Below, in pieces: positions 61,416 through 64,000 of a stretch of 64,000 nucleotides of DNA. Made by a program: the position numbers and the translations under genes. Each line of letters begins with the position of its first letter. Within the stretch, counting starts at the first letter, position 1. The stretch comes from Acidobacteriota bacterium (lineage in GTDB: Bacteria > Acidobacteriota > UBA6911 > RPQK01 > JADFOI01), in assembly GCA_963663035.1 (NCBI GenBank), contig OY760074.1, forward strand, positions 1-64,000, given 5' to 3'. Under the pieces are notes generated by a model that worked only from the letters and a program-made list of their open reading frames with translations, was not told the DNA's origin and did no database searches.

Positions 61416-64000
61416 TCGGTCAGACACTTTCCCATTACAAGATCATCTCCAAGCTAGGCGCTGGCGGGTTTGGGGAAGTCTACCTGGCAGAAGACAGCCG
61501 CCTGGACCGAAAAGTCGCCCTCAAAATCCTGCCCCAGCATCTCTCAGAGAGAGCCGACCTGCGGGAAAGGTTTGAGCGCGAGGCCCGGGCCGTCTCCAGC
61601 CTCAACCATCCTCACATCTGCACCCTCTATGACATCGGGGAGCAGGACGGCATCCACTACCTGGTCATGGAGCACCTGGAGGGGGAGACGCTGGCTGCTC
61701 GGCTGGAGAAGGGAGCACTACCGCTGGAACAGACCCTGCAATACGCCATCCAGATTGCCGATGCCCTGGATAAGGCCCACCGGCAGGGGGTGGTGCACAG
61801 GGACTTGAAGCCTGGCAACATCATGCTGGTCAAGAGTGGGGCCAAGCTGCTGGATTTTGGCTTGGCGAAGCAGCAGGCAACGGAGACACCCACCAACCTC
61901 TCGGCCCTGCCCACGGAGCAAGCCAGCCTCACCGCTGAGGGGACCATCCTGGGCACGTTGCAGTACATGGCCCCTGAGCAGTTGGAAGGCAAGGAGGCTG
62001 ACAGAAGAACAGACATCTTCGCCTTTGGTGCGGTGGTCTATGAGATGGCCACAGGCAAGAAGGCGTTTGAGGGCAACAGCCAGGCCAGTTTGATTGCCAA
62101 AATCCTGGAAGTGGACCCGCAACCGATGTCGGAGTTGCAGCCGCTGACACCCACGGCGCTCGACCGGGTCGTGAAGACCTGCTTGGCTAAGGACCCGGAT
62201 GACCGCTGGCAGTCGGCACGGGACCTGTATCGTGAACTGAAGTGGATCGCGGAAGGTACAACGGACGCAAGCCTGCCCACAACTGCTGCTGGAATCCCCG
62301 CAGGTTCAGGCTGGAGTCAGCTGCTCTTGCCAGTCGTGGCTTCCGTGGTAGTAGCAGCAAGCATAGCAAGCGTCGCCGTCTGGAATCTCAAGCCTGCTCC
62401 CGCCCGACCCGTTACACGTACGGTGGTGGCCCTGCAAGCCGACGAAACAATTCAGTCTAGCGCCATCGTTCCCTTGGCTTTTTCACCGGACGGTTCCCAA
62501 ATGGTCTACTCAGCGCAAAAGGGAGATGATCCACCGCGCCTCTACCTTCGTCCCATGAATAGCCTGGAAGACCAGCCTCTCTCGGGTACTGAAGGGGCTA
62601 ACCACCCATTTTTTTCGCCCGACGGACAGTGGGTTGGCTTCTTTGCGGAAGGAGAATTGAAGAAAGGTCCGATCACCGGCGGTACAGTTCTGACGATCTG
62701 CACTACGAGTGGTCGGACTCAAGGGGCAAGCTGGGGAACCGATGACAGAATTATCTTTAGTACAATCGGGGCATTGCGACTGTTGCAGGTTTCGGCAGAC
62801 GGCGGGACGCCTGAAGTCCTTACGTCGCTGGAAGGTGGCCCACTGGAATCCTTCCTTTCCTGGCCGGAGATTCTGCCGGGGGGAAAAGCGGTGCTCTTCG
62901 CGACCGGTGATGGGACGATTGTGGTGCAACGGCTCGATACGGGCGAACGCAAGGTCCTGCTGCAGGGTGGCACCTTCCCGCATTACGTTTCGACTGGGCA
63001 TCTGGTCTATTCCCGGGAAGGAACCCTGATGGCCGTTCTATTTGATCCCGATCAGCTGGAAATCTCTGGTTCTCCGGTACCCGTCATAGAAGGTATTCGT
63101 TCTCCCGTTAGAGCTTTTGGCGGCGCACAGTTGACCATCTCTAAAACGGGGGCACTGGCTTATGTTGTTGGTTCAGCGGACGAATCGGAGGGCACGCTGG
63201 TTTGGGTGGACCGCCAGGGAATATCTGAGCCCTTGGCTGCTCCCCTTCGGGATTACGAGTACCCCCGGGTCTCGCCCGACGGTCAGCGTATAGCCGTTGG
63301 AATTCGAGAGCGAGAGAATGAGGTCTATATTGGGGTTTATGACGTTTCCCGAAGCACCCTTACCCGACTGACGTTTGAGTCTGGATTTAACACCGTTCCT
63401 GCCTGGTCGCCCGATGGGAAGCGGCTGGCGTTCACCTCAGACCGAGAAGGCCGGCTGGGCATTTTCTGGCAAATGGCCGATGGCAGCGGTGGTGTGGAAC
63501 GGTTAACCACGAGCGATTATCAAACTGTCCCGGCTTCATTTTCCCCGGACGGGCAACTGCTGGCATTTATCGAAGACAATCCGACGACCGGCCGCGCAAT
63601 CCGGGTGCTGAATTTAGAAGATCGCGAGGCGGAGCCGTTCCTGCAAAACCCCTATGAAGAAACTGCACCGAAGTTTTCCCCTGACGGCGAATGGATGGCC
63701 TATTCCTCGACCGAGTCGGGACGCAGAGAAGTTTACGTGCAGCCGTATCCCGGCCCTGGCGGGAAGTGGCAGATTTCGACCGACGGAGGCCAGGAGCCGG
63801 TCTGGAACCCGCAAGGAGGTGAGTTGTTTTTCCGCATTGGGGACAGGATGATGGCGGTGGAGCTGGATACGAGGTCCGGCTTTGCGTCGGGAACGCCTCA
63901 GATGCTCTTTGAAGGACTGTACCTGCCAACCGCCTTTAGCTATCCATTTTACGATGTCAGTCCCGACGGCCAGCGTTTCCTGATGCTGCAGCCCGTCGAG
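61412..64000 (+). CDS. Second Ser/Thr kinase with TM and TolB/PD40 propeller, 3'-partial
   Basis: The ATG overlaps the previous TGA. MIGQTLSHYKIISKLGAGGFGEVY, HRDLKPGN, DFG, YMAPE; the same frame at the window end reads YDVSPDGQRFLM. It is missing from the ORF track, consistent with having no stop in the window. Confidence 0.93.
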   Translation, partial: MIGQTLSHYKIISKLGAGGFGEVYLAEDSRLDRKVALKILPQHLSERADLRERFEREARAVSSLNHPHICTLYDIGEQDGIHYLVMEHLEGETLAARLEKGALPLEQTLQYAIQIADALDKAHRQGVVHRDLKPGNIMLVKSGAKLLDFGLAKQQATETPTNLSALPTEQASLTAEGTILGTLQYMAPEQLEGKEADRRTDIFAFGAVVYEMATGKKAFEGNSQASLIAKILEVDPQPMSELQPLTPTALDRVVKTCLAKDPDDRWQSARDLYRELKWIAEGTTDASLPTTAAGIPAGSGWSQLLLPVVASVVVAASIASVAVWNLKPAPARPVTRTVVALQADETIQSSAIVPLAFSPDGSQMVYSAQKGDDPPRLYLRPMNSLEDQPLSGTEGANHPFFSPDGQWVGFFAEGELKKGPITGGTVLTICTTSGRTQGASWGTDDRIIFSTIGALRLLQVSADGGTPEVLTSLEGGPLESFLSWPEILPGGKAVLFATGDGTIVVQRLDTGERKVLLQGGTFPHYVSTGHLVYSREGTLMAVLFDPDQLEISGSPVPVIEGIRSPVRAFGGAQLTISKTGALAYVVGSADESEGTLVWVDRQGISEPLAAPLRDYEYPRVSPDGQRIAVGIRERENEVYIGVYDVSRSTLTRLTFESGFNTVPAWSPDGKRLAFTSDREGRLGIFWQMADGSGGVERLTTSDYQTVPASFSPDGQLLAFIEDNPTTGRAIRVLNLEDREAEPFLQNPYEETAPKFSPDGEWMAYSSTESGRREVYVQPYPGPGGKWQISTDGGQEPVWNPQGGELFFRIGDRMMAVELDTRSGFASGTPQMLFEGLYLPTAFSYPFYDVSPDGQRFLMLQPVE

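Overview
Bacterial chromosomal window, most likely Acidobacteriota. This is an inference from the Hanks kinase/TolB-repeat paralogues, the VWA-domain protein and the TPR proteins. 1-11 kb: adenosine deaminase, FAD oxidoreductase and tRNA-Ser(TGA), then a decayed accessory patch with an ankyrin protein, an IS256 inside a SAM methyltransferase, an IS3 relic, and MFS/GNAT/membrane-protein fragments. 11-35 kb: mixed housekeeping and envelope genes (purU, mscS, yajQ, ClpX-like ATPase, pcm, rnhB, folE, prmC, prfA, rpmE). 36-48 kb: rpsA-ihfB-HIT, then dnaA-dnaN-gyrB-gyrA-TPR-rpsU. 49-64 kb: an RND MFP, two AcrB-like permeases and two tandem Ser/Thr kinases. The notable non-coding content is: two apparently identical IS1380 copies; a 145-bp MITE family whose ends resemble the IS1380 ends; a second 121-bp MITE family, with most copies of these elements directly behind TAG stop codons; tandem NrdR-box-like sites over the gyrB promoter; and a long structured rpsA leader. 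A kinase-family TPR gene has lost its kinase domain in frame, and a 3' relic of that gene family trails the ankyrin gene. Four frameshifts in the first 2.6 kb and two noisy duplicated segments look like long-read consensus artefacts. No CRISPR array, rRNA or integrase was found. All calls are by eye, with no database searches run.
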